A stretch of DNA of 64,000 nucleotides from Lama glama (GCA_028534125.1 CM052816.1:3660001-3724000); one strand, 5' to 3'. Positions 1 to 13,824 are shown, numbered from the stretch's first letter. The notes: a model not told the origin generated them from the letters alone. Translations and numbers: made by a program.

Positions 1-220
1 AGGCAGAGCTCCCTGGAAGAAGAGAATGTCCTGCCAGCAGACTGCCTTAGGACTCCGACTGCAGCTCTCCCCTGGGTCTCCAGCCTGCCGCCCAACCCTG
101 CAAATTTTGAATATGCCGAACTTCCAGTACTGTGTGAACCAATTCCTAAAAGTAATCCTCTCTCCATACTGTGCACACATCCTCTTGGTTCTGCTGCTCT
201 GGAGAAACATGACCCATACA
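1..220 (+). mobile_element. MLT2-family (ERVL) LTR, 3' part
   Basis: ctgggtctccagcctgcc...cctcttggttctgctgctctggagaaacatgacccataca resembles the MLT2 3' terminus. Confidence 0.8.
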
Positions 221-514
221 TGGTCTGATGGGAAAGACACCATATTCACAAGCCATGATGGTCAGAGAAAAATTTTAACAGCAAGTATTACTGAGGAGAA
301 GGGTGGAGGGTTAAAGACGTCTGTATGAGGGAGATGTGCCCTAATTAAGGCAGGCAGAGAAGGTTTCTCTCAAGGAGTGTGGCCTTTGAGTTATGATGTG
401 AGGGGTAAGAAGGCGTCGGGAGGTAAAGGAAGGGCAGGAGATAGCATTCGAGGAAAGAGTTTGTGAAAAGAATTGTGGCCTTTTCTAATCTAGCACTTGG
501 GGATAGAGACTCCT

Positions 515-662
515 AGCATCTCTGTTTTATAGATGAAAAAACCAAAGCCCACCGAGGTGAAATACTCGGACCAAAGCCACGTGGGGAGGACGTGGCAGAG
601 CTGGAACTGGGGGCTGACGCTGGACCCCAAGCCTGTGCTCTGAACCACCAAGCTACACTGCC
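515..662 (-). mobile_element. MIR SINE fragment
   Basis: ttttatagatgaaaaaaccaaagccc...gtggcagagctggaact...gctctgaaccac: MIR core in reverse. Confidence 0.75.
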
Positions 663-980
663 CCACGTGGGTTCAGGAGAATTAGGGAAATATCCATACT
701 GCACTGTTTAATGCTTCATCCACTAATGGGTCCAGCCTGGCAGGCTGTGTTGGTTTCAGTTCATCCACTGATTCCTCGTGTCTGCTCCGTACACAAACAC
801 ACCGGGCCTTGCGCTAAATGTTGGGTGTTCAGAGATGAACGTGACACGGAATCTCAGAATGCTCAGCGTGATGAGGAGGGAGACACGTGTGTCTGTATTA
901 CCACCTTTGCAAGAGGAATGGGGAAGGCGTGCCTATTTCAGTGCCTCTGAGCTGCCCTTTTAGAAAGATGCTTTTTTAAT

Positions 981-1540
981 TGTCCCTGAGATTTGTTTTA
1001 ACCAGGAACGCTGAGACGCACAGACACTGAAATGGCTATCATGAAGGAAAATGCTTATTATAGTCACAGGTCCCTAGACACACGAGGCATGCCATGCCCT
1101 GCTGCGGGGTCGCTCGGGGGAGCCTCAGGGTGGGTCAGGAAGCAGAGGGGTGAGGGAAGACATGGGCAAGAGCGCTTTCTGGGGCTTCCGTGGGCAGCAG
1201 GAATGGGCAAGACAGCGGAAAGGTAGCTAGTCTGAATTTTCTCAGCAGGTCCTGGGGAATAGGGGCTGTCTTGAGTTGTCTGGTACCTGGCCCTGGGGTG
1301 ATGTGAGCAGAGAGAGAGTGGTCCAGAATATAAGATAAAGGGGGAGGAGGAGGCGTGAGGATGGTATAGACTCCAGATTGGTTGGTTTGCACAGGAAAGA
1401 TGCGCTTGCAGGCAGGTGAGCTGCCTGCTATCTCTAGGAATCAGTTCACCCTTGCTGGGGGAGGGGGCAGTAGTCCCTTCCAGCAAGATTCAGTGATGTC
1501 AAGACATCGGAATACAGAAAATAAAGACAGGGTTAATACA
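981..1540 (-). mobile_element. MER74-like ERVL solo LTR
   Basis: Reverse complement starts TGTATTAACC...TTTATTTTCTGTATTCCGATGTCTTGACATC and contains ATTCCTAGAGATAGC and TGCAAACCAACCAATC, as in MER74; TG...CA termini. Confidence 0.7.
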
Positions 1541-3099
1541 AAGATGCAGAGGACCAGGCCCTGCAGGGAGGGCTGTGTCATGTACAGAGCCACTGAAGCA
1601 TAAAGGAGCCTGGTGGTTCCAGGAGGGACAGAGCAGGATGTCGCTGGAGAACAGCACGTACGAACTTGGGTGGGAGTTGGAACTGGAGTAAAGTACTCTG
1701 ATGAGGAAGCTAGATTTATTTCTCCTTGTAACGAGGCACCATTAAAGGCTGCGTGATTAGACATACTGGTTAAGAGGCCGTTATCTCTGACGTATCCTGT
1801 ATAAAATGACCACTTAAAACCCGCCCGGCTTTTCCGAGCATTCCTTTAAGTGGAACTCCTTCCAGCTGTATACTGGCTGTCAGCCGGATGCCCAGGTTAC
1901 TGCTTTTAAATATTCGGTGGATTAATTTCACACACGAGGAGAAATCATATGACATCTCACCGCGTAATTAAGCCAAACCACAGATTTTCAGAAATAAAGA
2001 TGACTCGGGTCGTTTCCTAATTAAACCCTGAAAGGTTTAATTAAAAAGCATGATTGGGTGAGAACTAGTTTAGGAGGAGTTGGGGCCCAGCTCCCCCGTC
2101 CACCTCCACCCAGGGTGGCGGAAGCAGCCACGGAGCGACGCAGCTCTGTGCGGAGGGATGGGCTATGTTTTCTGCATGCAAGACACTGTCTTGGAGACAA
2201 CGAGGCAGCTGCTAAATGGAAAGGAGCTGCCTTTTCAGGAAACAAATGAAAACATGCCACTACCTCAGTGCACTAGACGCCAAGAGCACACCAGCAGATG
2301 GGCAACAGAGCGAACGAAAGAGAACCATGGAGCGCAGATGGAACCATTCCCAGGTGTCCAGCCCCGTGCGGACCACTCTGCATCCATACATCACTGATTG
2401 CTCACCAGTGGAAATCAGTGGTGTTAGGCCCCACTTTTCTCATAGGGACACTGAGGCACAGAGGTTCGAGCTACGGCACTGCCTGACTTCAGGGCTGTCA
2501 CTGCATCGCAGTCAGGCTCCCTGTGGAAATGGGGAGAGGCCACGGCACCCTCCAGCAGAAAACCTGCCTTTGAATCCCACCTGTGAGACTTCCAGCCTCA
2601 GTCTCTCCTCCATAAAAGGGGGATAATAAAACTTTGGAAGGCGTTTCCAAGGTGACCTTTGAATAAAACACTGTGAGCCCCACACGGGTGAGTGCACCCT
2701 AGGTGTCAGTTACGGTACATACTTCCTCTCCCAGCAGCTGTCATGAGCAGGGGGCCAGCTTGGCGGTCCCTCTTGCGTCGGGCTATGGAGGGACACCGCG
2801 CAGTGGCTCAGAGGCCAGTCAGAAGTGAAGGGAATGAAAGGGGTCAGGCTAGGTTACACTGTTTCTAGTTAAAAGTGCCTTGCAAAAATGATACTAGAAC
2901 TAACACTGTTTTCTTCTAAACGTGTTGTCAGTGCCCTTCTTAAAACCACACAGAGGCTTCCTAAATGCACTTAAGAATTAGTTGTAAAATCCTTACTTTG
3001 GCCACCTCTGAGCCCTGCAGGATTTGGCCCTCCTGCGTCCTCGTCTACCACTCTTTCCTTGCTAAGGTCATCTTGGCACGGCCGCCCCGCTTCTGTTTC

Positions 3100-3345
3100 T
3101 CAGATGAGGACTCCGTCTCTGCCAGGCACTGTGCAAAGCACCGATAGGAGGATTAATGCCTTAAATCCTCACGGCAGCCTGACGAGGTGGGTACTAGTGT
3201 TATCTGTGCTTTACACTTGTGGAAACTGAGGCCCTGACAGGTGACCTGACGGGGCGAAGACAGCACGGGCAGTAAGCGGCAGGACTGTAAGTCGAACCCA
3301 GGCTTTCTTATACCCCAGTCCAAAGACCTGGCCTTCACCCTCTGC
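3100..3345 (-). mobile_element. MIR SINE, near full length
   Basis: tgccaggcactgtgc...aatcctcacggcagcct...ggaaactgaggcc...gaacccaggc. Confidence 0.8.
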
Positions 3346-4252
3346 AGCGTCCCCAGACCTGGACCTCGGCTGCTCCCACAGCCACTCCAAGCAGACGTTT
3401 GCCGAGGGAGGCCAGATTGATGAGGGAGTGGCGACATGAATTAGTTACTCAGGACGGGGAGAAGCCAGCGTGAGGACCAAGCCAAGCCTGGCGCCCAAAG
3501 GAGGCAATTTGTACACCCTACACAGGCAAGCGTGACGTGTCTACCTCTCTTTCCAGTTGTCCCTGCATAATCCTCACGGAGTTTGAAATTTGGCTTCACC
3601 ACCCAAATCGCCCTTTGCCAATGAGCTTCTTCTCGCCTTAAAGGCTACCATCTCCTGTCCTTTCCGTTTCTTCCAGACTCAGTGTAAAAAGATTCCACTG
3701 AATTTAATCTTCACTATTCATCTGATCTACCCCCGATCTTGCCCTTCCCACGATTACCTCTTAATTATTTTTAGGTCCAAGACAAAAGACAGGCAGTATG
3801 CTGAATGACCAGACACATTATAAAGAACGTACCATGTTTCATGCACCTTCACTGCCACGTGGGTTGAGTGGCTGTGTACCCAGTGTCAACTTTCACAGCT
3901 CAGTGAGCCCCTTCCCGGGCCTGTCAACAGTGAACTGTGAGAAATACAATCTCTTTTTCTCTAGTCGGCAATAGAAAAGCAGAGTATTACCAGCCCCAAG
4001 TATTCATGGACGTAGACACAGTTCTCACGAGCTTGATGCCAGTGACCGGCGATGAACTCAGGCAAGTGGCAAAGGAAAACAAATGATTCATCGAACGGGT
4101 GCACACTCTTCATCAAAGATGTGTGTTCTGAATGGCTTGTTTTGAAAACAACAAAGATATGTTTCAAGCAAACATTGGGAAAGCCTGCTTGATATAATCA
4201 ATAAAATGGGTACGAAAAGTCCTTGAAGTCAGTCTCACTAGAGTAAGACATA

Positions 4253-4887
4253 CAGTTGATTCTCATTACTCATGACAGTTGATAGTTATGTTCTATAAAG
4301 TCACTGTGAACAATGAAATTACACATACTGCACCATTGCTCCTAGGAGGAAATATAGGTTAGGTTCCTGTGAGCCTCAGGTCATAACATTTTTGTCACCT
4401 GATCAATACCTTGCCTTGTGTTCTGTTTAAAGACACTGTATTTAATATATTATTGTTGATTCATTAACTTTGAACTCATGGACAGCACTACAGCTCACAC
4501 CTGATGAAACTTGGTTAACACACGGATTTACTCCATAAGGCACATCACAACCTTCTGTGCTTAAGAACACTAGGCAGCGCTTCGGCACTCTGCCTGGGGG
4601 CCATGTGGACAGCAAAGTCACGAACAGTCACTGAAGTCACTAAAGGGGGGCAGCAAATAGACCCCAAAAAGAACACATGTTTATAGCACAAGAGCTAAAA
4701 CAGTAAGGCAGAAAATCACCTAGTTCAGCCTCAGCTGGAAACACACGCATTGAGTGACTCACATTTTTCACTGCTCTGCACTTGCCCACAAAGTCCACTG
4801 GAAGTGTTGATTTTTGAATTACAAGTAAAGTTTCAGTAAGTAGAGGAATTCACAAATAAGTCATCCAAGAATAATGGGGATTGACTG
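4253..4887 (-). mobile_element. MER82 (TcMar-Tigger) non-autonomous DNA transposon, full length
   Basis: Imperfect TIRs CAGTTGATTCTCATTA / TAATGGGGATTGACTG, preceded by TA. Internal ggttaggttcctgtgagcctc and ccataaggcacatcaca match MER82 in reverse. Confidence 0.85.
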
Positions 4888-5241
4888 CAAATATTGAGCC
4901 CAAGCTTGGTGATTCCTCTCATGTGTGTTTGTTGGGGTGAAGAGACACCTGGAGCACAGATTTGCCCTGATTCAGGACCTGCGCCCTGGTCTTCTGTGAA
5001 TGGCACAGTGACTCGGCTCCGTGAGTTGGTGTTGGATTGGTAAAGGGCTTAGGGCTGAGAAGCACAAAGGCGGGGCCTGCACATGATGCACATCCTCTTG
5101 CTTAGTTGAGAAAGTGCTGGAGGTTGGTTAAGGTAGCCAGGTGGTTCTGGACATTCTGGGGAGTCTCTGCTAGCTCACAAAGCTCTTTCCTTTTTAACTG
5201 CCTGATGACCCATAATGGTAGCAGCTAAGCCTGTATTTCTA

Positions 5242-5345
5242 TATTCATTCAGCCAACATTTACTGAGTACCTACTGTGTGCAGGCAATGTCTAGACGATG
5301 TGACTACAGAGGTGAGCAAGCTCCTCATGAAACTTATATTCAAGT
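5242..5345 (-). mobile_element. L2 3' end
   Basis: attcattcagccaacatttactgagtacctactgtgtgcaggca, the typical L2 tail. Confidence 0.75.
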
Positions 5346-6743
5346 TTAGGTTAATAAACAAGATAGTTTCCAAAGGAGTAGTCAGGGGACAGAGAGCAAC
5401 TGGGTGGAGAACCAGGGTATTTTGAGAAAAGGGATGGGGATGCCAATCTGAAGGAGCATGAAGGGCCATGCCAGCCTAAGGGACGGGCACGTGCCAAAGC
5501 AAGGACGTGGTGTGGACCATGGCAACACGGGCTCATCCCGCCCTGTAGCTTGATGAGCTGTGAGAGCAGACTGAACAGAGCCCTGATCCTGGTACCAATT
5601 TCTTGAGAAATTGAACGCTGGTCTTAGATTCTGGGAGAAACCCAGTAACTTTACAAATACTCTTAATTTTTTCTTAACCTGAGTCTGCCTAGTTTCTTCT
5701 ATTTGCATTCAACATTTTCCACTTAATAGGAAAGTTGAGTGGAATTGGTAAGTGGGAAGATAATGTTGCCTGAGAAAATAAACTTTAATTTATCTAATAT
5801 AAGCTGATTAATAATGACTGTCTTATCTGACTCCTGTAACACTCTTGAGTACGAACAAATCATCTGAACTGTTCCTTCAAGATCTGCCGAGTCTGCAGTG
5901 TTATCCCTTCCTGCAACAACTGGCCACACTAGGAGGCTCCAAGCACCTCTGAAGAGATACTTATTTATGATGCATTTCCCTTTGGGGAGTTTAGGAAGTC
6001 ATTAAAATAAACAGCCTGATTTTTTAAAAAAATGCATGTATTGGATTACAGCTGAAATAGTAGCTTCCAGGGAATCTCTCGCCAAGCCAAGCCAGGCCAG
6101 GGCGGGGGACATTTCCCTGAAGTCACAGCAAGAGGTAAAGTAGAGCGATTATACCACTGCTAACGCAGAGGGTCATCCGCTAGCAAAAGACGATGGATTA
6201 AAAGTGCGTACTTCTGTTGATGCCGACGGCTGCCAGGGACACATGCTTCAGCTGCTTTTTTTTCTCCCCCTCTCTACTTCATTATGTCTCTTATCTCTGC
6301 CCACTCTGTGAGGCAGATAGCTATTGAAAGATACACTTGGAGGAACTTAATGCTACGTTGGCTGGAAGCCGTGCATACTGCCCTAGCAGAGTTGACTACA
6401 GCAGGACATTCCAGAACCTCACCTCTATAGGGCCAACACTGTAGGACATCCTAGGATATTGCTCTGGATTTGGAAAGTGTAGGTGTTTTTGGAAGTACCT
6501 AGTGTAACCAAGTGATAACTGACCCCTGGCTAAAAAAACTTGTTTTCTCCAAGAGGCGTATTTAACTTGCTCTCCTAAGGGTGTCAGGCTGGCAAGGGCG
6601 TACAACTGTTCATTGAGTATTTACTGAGCGTAAGTTCCTGTCAAGCCTTGGCCTGTACAGAAATGTGTGCATATTTTGAAAAACACTTAAAAAAAATCTC
6701 CTGACTTTATCTACCGTTGAAACCAGTAAGAAAGGGACAGAGA

Positions 6744-6889
6744 GGGGAGGGTATAGCTCAGTGGTGGAGTGCATGCTTGGCATGCATGAGGTCCTGGGTT
6801 CAATCCCCAGTAGCTCCTCTAAAAAAAAAAAATTTAAATAATTAAGTAAACTTAATTACCTCCCCTCCAAAAACAAACAAACAAACTTT
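6744..6889 (+). mobile_element. Camelid vic-1-type tRNA-derived SINE with A-rich tail and degenerate 15-bp TSD
   Basis: GGGGAGGGTATAGCTCAGTGG (A box)...GGTCCTGGGTTCAATCCCCAG (B box), A-rich/(CAAA)n tail, flanked by AGAAAGGGACAGAGA (6729-6743) and AGAAAGGCATGGAGA (6890-6904). Confidence 0.9.
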
Positions 6890-9800
6890 AGAAAGGCATG
6901 GAGAAAAGAATCCAGATTCTAGGCACTTCCTACTGTCAGGCTAGAATCACCTCCTGGAATCCTCAGTGGACAAAGCTGATAAGGAGGGGAGAGTTTAAGC
7001 AAGAACTCATTCCCCAAGGCCCACAGCGGCAATATTACATGAGGGCTTGAAGACTACAGAGCCTGGATTTTTTCCTCCGTGCTTCTCAAGCGCATCTCTC
7101 AAAAGTCCCTGATGGCTGGGAGGTGTGAAGTTGGATTTGAGAGACGTCGTATGCTTTCCATGTTCTCTTCCCAACTCCCCAGAATAAAGGGGAAATCAGA
7201 TAAGCAGCAGGGAAGTCCCCCTTGTTGCACCCCAAGCCCATAACACAGATCACCAAGAGAATGAAGTTCTGCTCTTTCCACACCCAAATTTCTTACCTGG
7301 CAGTGTTGCTGATGGGTGAAAAAAGGAAGGAACAATAGATGTGAAAGAACACAATTCATTGTTTATAGCAGTTGTGACTCAGAGGAAGAAAAAAACCAGT
7401 TCCCCAGAAGCTCTCAAGTGTACACGATCATTTACATCCTTTTCATGTTGCTCTGAATTCTTCCCCCAAGACCTCAGTCTTCTCAATCTTTTGTCTTCCC
7501 CATGAACTCCTTTCCCTTGGTCCTTGCCAGATTTTCTCCCAAAGTGGAGCTGATGAAGCTTTCAGTTATTCTGACTCTTAATTGCTGTGTACTTTATATT
7601 CATGTAGGTTCTTTCACTACAATGTTGTTTGCACAGAGAGGATGTTCATTACCAGGTGAATGAGGGATGGGGAAGGTAGGGCCGTCTCGTCCTCACTGAA
7701 ACCCTCTGCTCCTTTTCATAAAACTCCAAAGTGTGTTTGTGGCTGGCTCACTTCTGTGCTCACGGTGGAACAACGCTGTGGTTTCAGGCTCATACTTACT
7801 GTTTTGGTCACCACGTGGTCTTTGTGACCTCCGCACATTGTCCTGAATTTAGAGATATCCCAGATTCTATACCTAGTCTGGCAACTTTCCCATCTGCTCA
7901 CTTCTGCCCATTCAAAAACAAGCCAAAAAAAAAAAAAAAAGGTTTGAAGACCAATGCTGTATCCTGCAGATTCATGCAAATTTGGCATCTACTCCTGAAG
8001 ATATCTATTTATATGTTTGCTGTGCGTGTGCATCCAGCTGCTAAAACCTTGAAGTAATGCTGTCATTCAAAAGATGTGCCCTGTTTATAGTCTGAAGCGT
8101 GTTTCGCCATTCTGCACTCTGCTTCCTGCCTGGAAGGGGAGGCGGGAGCCCAGCTTGCACCGTGCTGCCTTTCACCTTGGCCAAAGCCAGGACGAAACAA
8201 AACACAGAGCTGGACTCTCGGAAAAGTCCTTCTGGAGCACCTATCTAATGGTGTTAAAAATACAGCCGTGCACATTCTGGTTGACATAGATTTGTAATAC
8301 TCTTTTAAACACCTTCTAGTCTGCAGACTGGAACAGATGGGAAGAACAATGAAAACAAATATTAATTTCCATGCAGAAATGTCTGGCCTTTGATGAAAAG
8401 ACGCTAGACCAAGAGCCCCAAATTGTGTTTTGTGTAATCTATGACTACAAATATATTGACATCTACATTTCTGTGTTAGAACAGTATCTTGATATAATAA
8501 TGACTGTGCTTTTTTGGAGCACATGCTACTTCCTGTTATCTCAGAACCCTTTTTCCTCCTTAGATAACAGGTACAGTATTCTATACAAACTACTTCAAAG
8601 TAAGGAATGACACAGCAGTATGCAGGCAGGAAGACAGTCACGTTCCTGGCTTTCAGATCTCAAGAGGACTAGTCAGAGTATAAACAGCAGGTCTCAAAGA
8701 CCAGCTGAAGGGTCAAAGCAACTTATCACCAGACTGAATCGACAACTTCCTGGATAAAGGAAGAAAGGGGTACAGCACAGGAGAAGATGGTTAGACAATG
8801 AGGAATTCCTGAGCATGGGTCCTCGTCCCTATTTCATGCCCCAGGCAAGTCCAAGTGCGGGGAGGGGCAGACCATTGAAAGCTTCACGTAAGTCTGGGGA
8901 ATATGAGAGCAGAAAGAACGTGTACTCCCACCCTCCTTCCCAGGAAAGGCTAGCAAAGTGTCAAGGGCCCAGGAAGAAGTGATTGCCAGGCGGGTCCCAC
9001 AGACAGACCGAGGGCACTTCAGTGTGCCTCTGAGCGTGGCACCAGAGGGAGCAAAAGGTCCCACCACCTAAGGGCAGCAGGCACGGGTCACAGAGAGTGG
9101 ACAAAGTGGAGGTCGTACTGTCGGGATCAGGGGACGCAGTACTACACTGCCTACAGCGATGACCTGGGATCTGGACGAATGAAGGCATCTTGGCAGATGT
9201 CAGTGTAGGTGGAGAATGACAAGGACTCAGCTGCCACTACCTTGAAGCCTCGTCGTGAAGTTAGCACTCCTCCCACAACTGAGACATCAGCAGACGGAGA
9301 AGGGTGGAGGATAGTGATACTTCAGATTAAGTGGCAGATCTATGCTCTCCGTAAGAATAAATGTTCTAAATAAATGAACAAGTCCATTTGCTTTTTATTC
9401 CAGGTTGGAAACCGTACCAGCTATACATAACATAGAATTTGAGATTTTTAAACCCACAAGATAGATAATACACTATACCACTGTATCCTTCACAGAAATA
9501 GGGGGAAGTAAGGGTTTAAATATACCCTTCAAGTGACTTTTGCTTTAGACTACCGGACAAAATTGAACATGACTGCATCAGGTTGACTGGAGTATTTTAG
9601 TAAACATATTTGAACTCACTGTGAATAAAAACAAGGTACTGCAAAATCATGATGAAGGGCAAGATCTAAGTCACATCACTATTAAAGGACTGGCCAAGAC
9701 ACAAAATCAAACAGAAGTGAAGTGATAAGGGACTATTCAATACCTGTGATCACGAAGTCATGACAAAGAAACTCATCTTCTTTGAGATGTATGTGACGTC

Positions 9801-9984
9801 TAGGCAGAATCGGTGCCAGCTAGTCACACACAGCTCGGTGCCTGCACTCAGAATATTGAGTTTTTCCTAATTGGTACAGGCTACATGTCTCTGACCTTCA
9901 GTTGGGAGGGGCTAACAAGGCTATTTCTAGACTGAGAGCGTAATCACATTTCCTGATGCAATACCTTCTGAAATCTTCAGCTTT

Positions 9985-10200
9985 GCATCAGTGGGTTTAG
10001 GCCAAGTTACTCTGCAGTAACAACCACCCAGCATTTCAATGGCTAACAAAACCAATTTTCTGATACGACAGCAGAAGAGAGAAAATGACAGAACCAAGCA
10101 AAAGCCCCTAAAGATTCTGCTGAGAGCGGCATCTGTCACTTTTACTCACACTTCGTTGGTCAGCATAAATCATGTGATTCCTGACATGGGCATACATCTC
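9985..10200 (-). mobile_element. Old MaLR (MLT1-type) LTR fragments
   Basis: gttactctgcagtaacaaccaccc...tcaatggct and gtcacttttactcacac...ttggtcagcataaatcatgtg resemble reversed MLT1 segments. Confidence 0.45.
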
Positions 10201-10959
10201 CCTCAGAAAAGGGTAGCAGGTTTCTTTAAAACAATATAATTTTCCATACCTATTCTTTTTTCTATTATCACAAGTAGGTTTCTTTAGCAACCTACCTATA
10301 AAATTATTGTGAGAAGAAGATGGCTCGATTTAGAAATTGCAACTTTACTTTATGAGAAAAAAAAGTACCTACTTTGATTACCTATCATATTAAGGATGCC
10401 TATGACGGCATTTGATATGCAGAAGTTTTTAATAACAGTTTTCTGAATTATTACAATGGATGGGTTATTGTAAATTCAAGACCTTCAAGGAAGAGCAAAA
10501 ATGTCATTTCTCTTCCAGTCTATCTCAGACTTTCACATCCGATTTGTTTCCTTGGGTTGATGTTAACAGGGAGGAAATAGCAGGTTATGTTTTTGAGGCT
10601 AGTACTTAAGAATTTTTTTTTTTAACTTATGAAAGGTACCTCCAGGGGAACAGTGCTACCTCGAGGTGACGACTCAGGGTTCCTACTGGAACTGTTTGCT
10701 ACATTAAAAAAAAAAGTGGGAAAATATGCAGCTAAGCTGTCACTAGATTTTAATGGAGTTACACAATTTAGACCAATATTTAAAGCAATATAAACATGAA
10801 GATATTGTTTTATATCTTGGCAATCATTGTTTAAGTGAGGCCTGCTTTACTAACAGATTTGAGTAACCTACTTTCCCACTGTGCTATATGCATTTGATAA
10901 TTTCAAGAAATGTTTGGACAGTTTCTCTATTTGAGCATTAAAAAAAAGACCTTTAGGTC

Positions 10960-11539
10960 AACAACAGACATTTTTTTTCCCCTCCCTGTATGCCCTCCAT
11001 TCGTCTAGTTACAGTAACCAGAAATTTCTTTGGGGATCCACTCCTTTCATATATACAAGCAATATAGTTTAAGTAGATTTATATTTACTTCCAGCTCGGG
11101 GAAGAGTCACATGCCCCAGCCCTGGCCAGTGTGAGCATTGCATTCCCTTGGCATTGCCGCTTCAGGAATAAGCATGTGATCTAAGTCAGGCTGCTGCGGT
11201 TTCATTCCAGGATTTTTAATGGAACTTTTGAGAAAAGATTTTTTTTTTTTCCTTCAGTGAATTAAAGGATGGTATGAAAGTTTGGGAGGCATCCTGACAG
11301 AACTGTAGGAGAGCCTTTGGGGAAATGGAACCCATACAAGGGAAATCAGAGCTTAGAAATGGAAAGAGTCAAGTGGAGACTGGGTTCTATCATTTGAGTG
11401 TCTGCATCTGGAAGTGTCTGAGCACGCCGCCCCCCTGGACTTCTCAGTTACATGCGCTGGCCATTACCACCCCCACATCCTCTGAAGTCTGCTTGAGTTA
11501 GGCATTCTTTCATTTACAACCAAAGTTCGTACGGATACA
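10960..11539 (+). mobile_element. LTR16-like ERVL LTR
   Basis: cacatgccccagccctggcca...cctggacttctcagttacatg...gagttaggcattcttttcatttacaacc...gataca terminus. Confidence 0.65.
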
Positions 11540-12212
11540 CTTGTCCCTGTGGTAGACACAGTTCATTTCTCCCCCTGTGGCAAGGAGGAATGGTGGGTCA
11601 GAGGCACAGGGTATCATACAATTCTAAATAAATTGCAAATGGTTTGTGGCAACCTTGTTCTCTGTGAAGTGTTAATGGTGGGAGAAAATTATAAAATCCA
11701 TGCTGGCATGGATTTTTGTCTCATCTTTATCTCATTATTTTATGTTCCTTTACTCATTATACTGAGAATTCCCTATTCTTGTATCTTCAAGACCCAACAC
11801 TATACCTGGCACCAACTAGGTACATAATAAACAGTGGAACAAAGGAATACTCCTTATTAAAGTGGTTGCCGAGCATAGTGCAAAATATGATTCAAGTCAC
11901 ATCCTTTTATTTTAATCAGGTTTTGCAACATGAGCTATTGACTTCTTACATATGTATTAAAAAGTGATACTATTCAGAAAATCCCAAATGATAGCTCTTC
12001 AGTGACTTAGGTAAATATGTGAAGGATAGGAAATTCCAAGCAGATGGAATACTTTGAGCAAAGTTTAAAAAAAAAAGGGAGAGAGAGAAAGAGAGAGAAA
12101 AGTATGGACAAACACAGAGGCATATGTTTCATGTTCCAGAATCGCCCAGTACAGATTTTAAAGCAGTATTTTTTATGTTTAAAATATTATCTGCAAGTGT
12201 CTTTTTCATAGC

Positions 12213-12692
12213 TGTCAACAGCTGAAGAGTCTTGACATTTCACCTTATTCGCAAGTTACCAAGTAGCCTGAGTTTCACGGATGCCAGCAGAACACATGAG
12301 ACTCCCGGGCCACAGACAAGGGACTTCCCTCACGGCGCAGCAAGCAGCATACACGTCACCGTACCGCAGTCAACTTCCCTTGCCCCAGATCCCACGGGTG
12401 GGGGCAACACAGGTGGGTCTAAATGAATGCCTGCAGATGATGCAGAGAGGACCCCTGACCTTAGGGAACCCAAATCTTCTTTAATGGGCAGCAGCTTGCC
12501 TGCCCTTTGCTTTGGAGGGAGACAGCTATTATACTGGACAGTAAGCATGGCTGCCCTGCATTCTGGAGGAGACCCTGTATTTCCTCAAGCTGTGCCCCCT
12601 ATAAACATCCTAAGAGAGACTGGGACAAAAGGCAGCTAGTGCCTCACTCACAAGACACGCAGAAACACAAGAGATCCATTGGTCTCCCACCA
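12213..12692 (-). mobile_element. ERVL solo LTR, MER54/MER73/LTR53 group
   Basis: Begins tgtcaacagctgaag...tttcacggatgccagcagaacacatgagactcc and ends tctcccacca; TG...CA ends. Confidence 0.65.
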
Positions 12693-13824
12693 ATGGTAAC
12701 AGAAAACCTACATTAACATAGTAAGCTTTGGATATTTAATTTCCTCCCCAGTAGAACTCCTACCATATCAGAAAGAGAAGCTGTAGAAAGTCAGTGTGAC
12801 TCTGGAGTTTCCTGAAGAATAAAATGCAAAAAAAAAACCTTTTTTTTTTTTTTTAATTTGAGAGTCATTTTCCAAAGAATGTTAGATTCTTTTCACTTTG
12901 GTTTCACTAGGTTGAGTTTCAATACATTTCTCCGTGAGTTTGTTTCGGGATGACCTATGGAGGGAACATAACCACACTTTTGCTGGACCATTGACTTGAT
13001 GCCCAGGTAGAATTAATGATAAAAGAGTTCATGGAGAGAAGGATGTTGAGCTGAGAAATGAGTTGTTACGAGGATGGGAAATGTAGGTCTGTACTTTTAG
13101 GAGAAGAAAGTTAACCCCAAGCAGAGGGCCACTGGGATGAGTGAAGCACGTTTCAGCCATTCGGCCTGTAAACACTGTTTTAAACAGCAGTTGAAGTGCT
13201 AAGTCAAAGTTTTATTACCAACAACATCCTGGAATACCCAACGCAAACAGATCTAGACTCAAAAAAGGATCAGGCAATTTCCACTGACTGTTGAGAACTT
13301 TATCTGCATTGGCCTCATTCATAAGTGGGACAAACAGAGGAGCAATATCATGGAAGCCCATGAGCATCAAATCACAGAAGCAACCCTAATATAATACCCA
13401 CCAGCTCCAAAAAAGTTCTTTTTCACTTGAATTGGTTCTATCAATTTTCTATCTACCTATCTGAATTTTTTTGCTTTTTAGGATTTTACCTTTTTGTAGA
13501 AGTATAAAGAATTGGGAGTAGATTTGTTTAATTCCTTATTTAACAACAAACAAGCACAGGCAACGCGTGGAGATGCCATCCTATTCTAGAGGCACTAGAA
13601 GTCCTGTCGCTCTGTTCTTCCCGGGCTGCATGTATTATCAAAGCATCACTTCAGAATGAGAATCTGGGCGCGTCCCCTTTTACATCTCTGCAGAGGCTGT
13701 CCATGTCACGGAGGAGGACGGTCTAACTCCTGAAAAGCACGCATGATCCCTTTCACCATCTGGTCTTCCCTGGGTGTCCCTGGCTCACCTCCTGTCGCTC
13801 TGTTTAGCCCTTGCCCCCAATTAG

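Noticed and set aside
6744..6816. tRNA gene
   Set aside because: A and B boxes are present, but it has an A-rich tail, TSDs and a second diverged copy at 25595-25673, so it is a SINE
8063..8641. 192-aa minus-strand ORF, the longest outside the gap
   Set aside because: No recognisable domain or homology, Cys/Arg-rich random-like composition, and no convincing splice context; consistent with chance
12827..12855. A10-CC-T(n) fold-back
   Set aside because: Low-complexity homopolymers; no evidence of a functional hairpin
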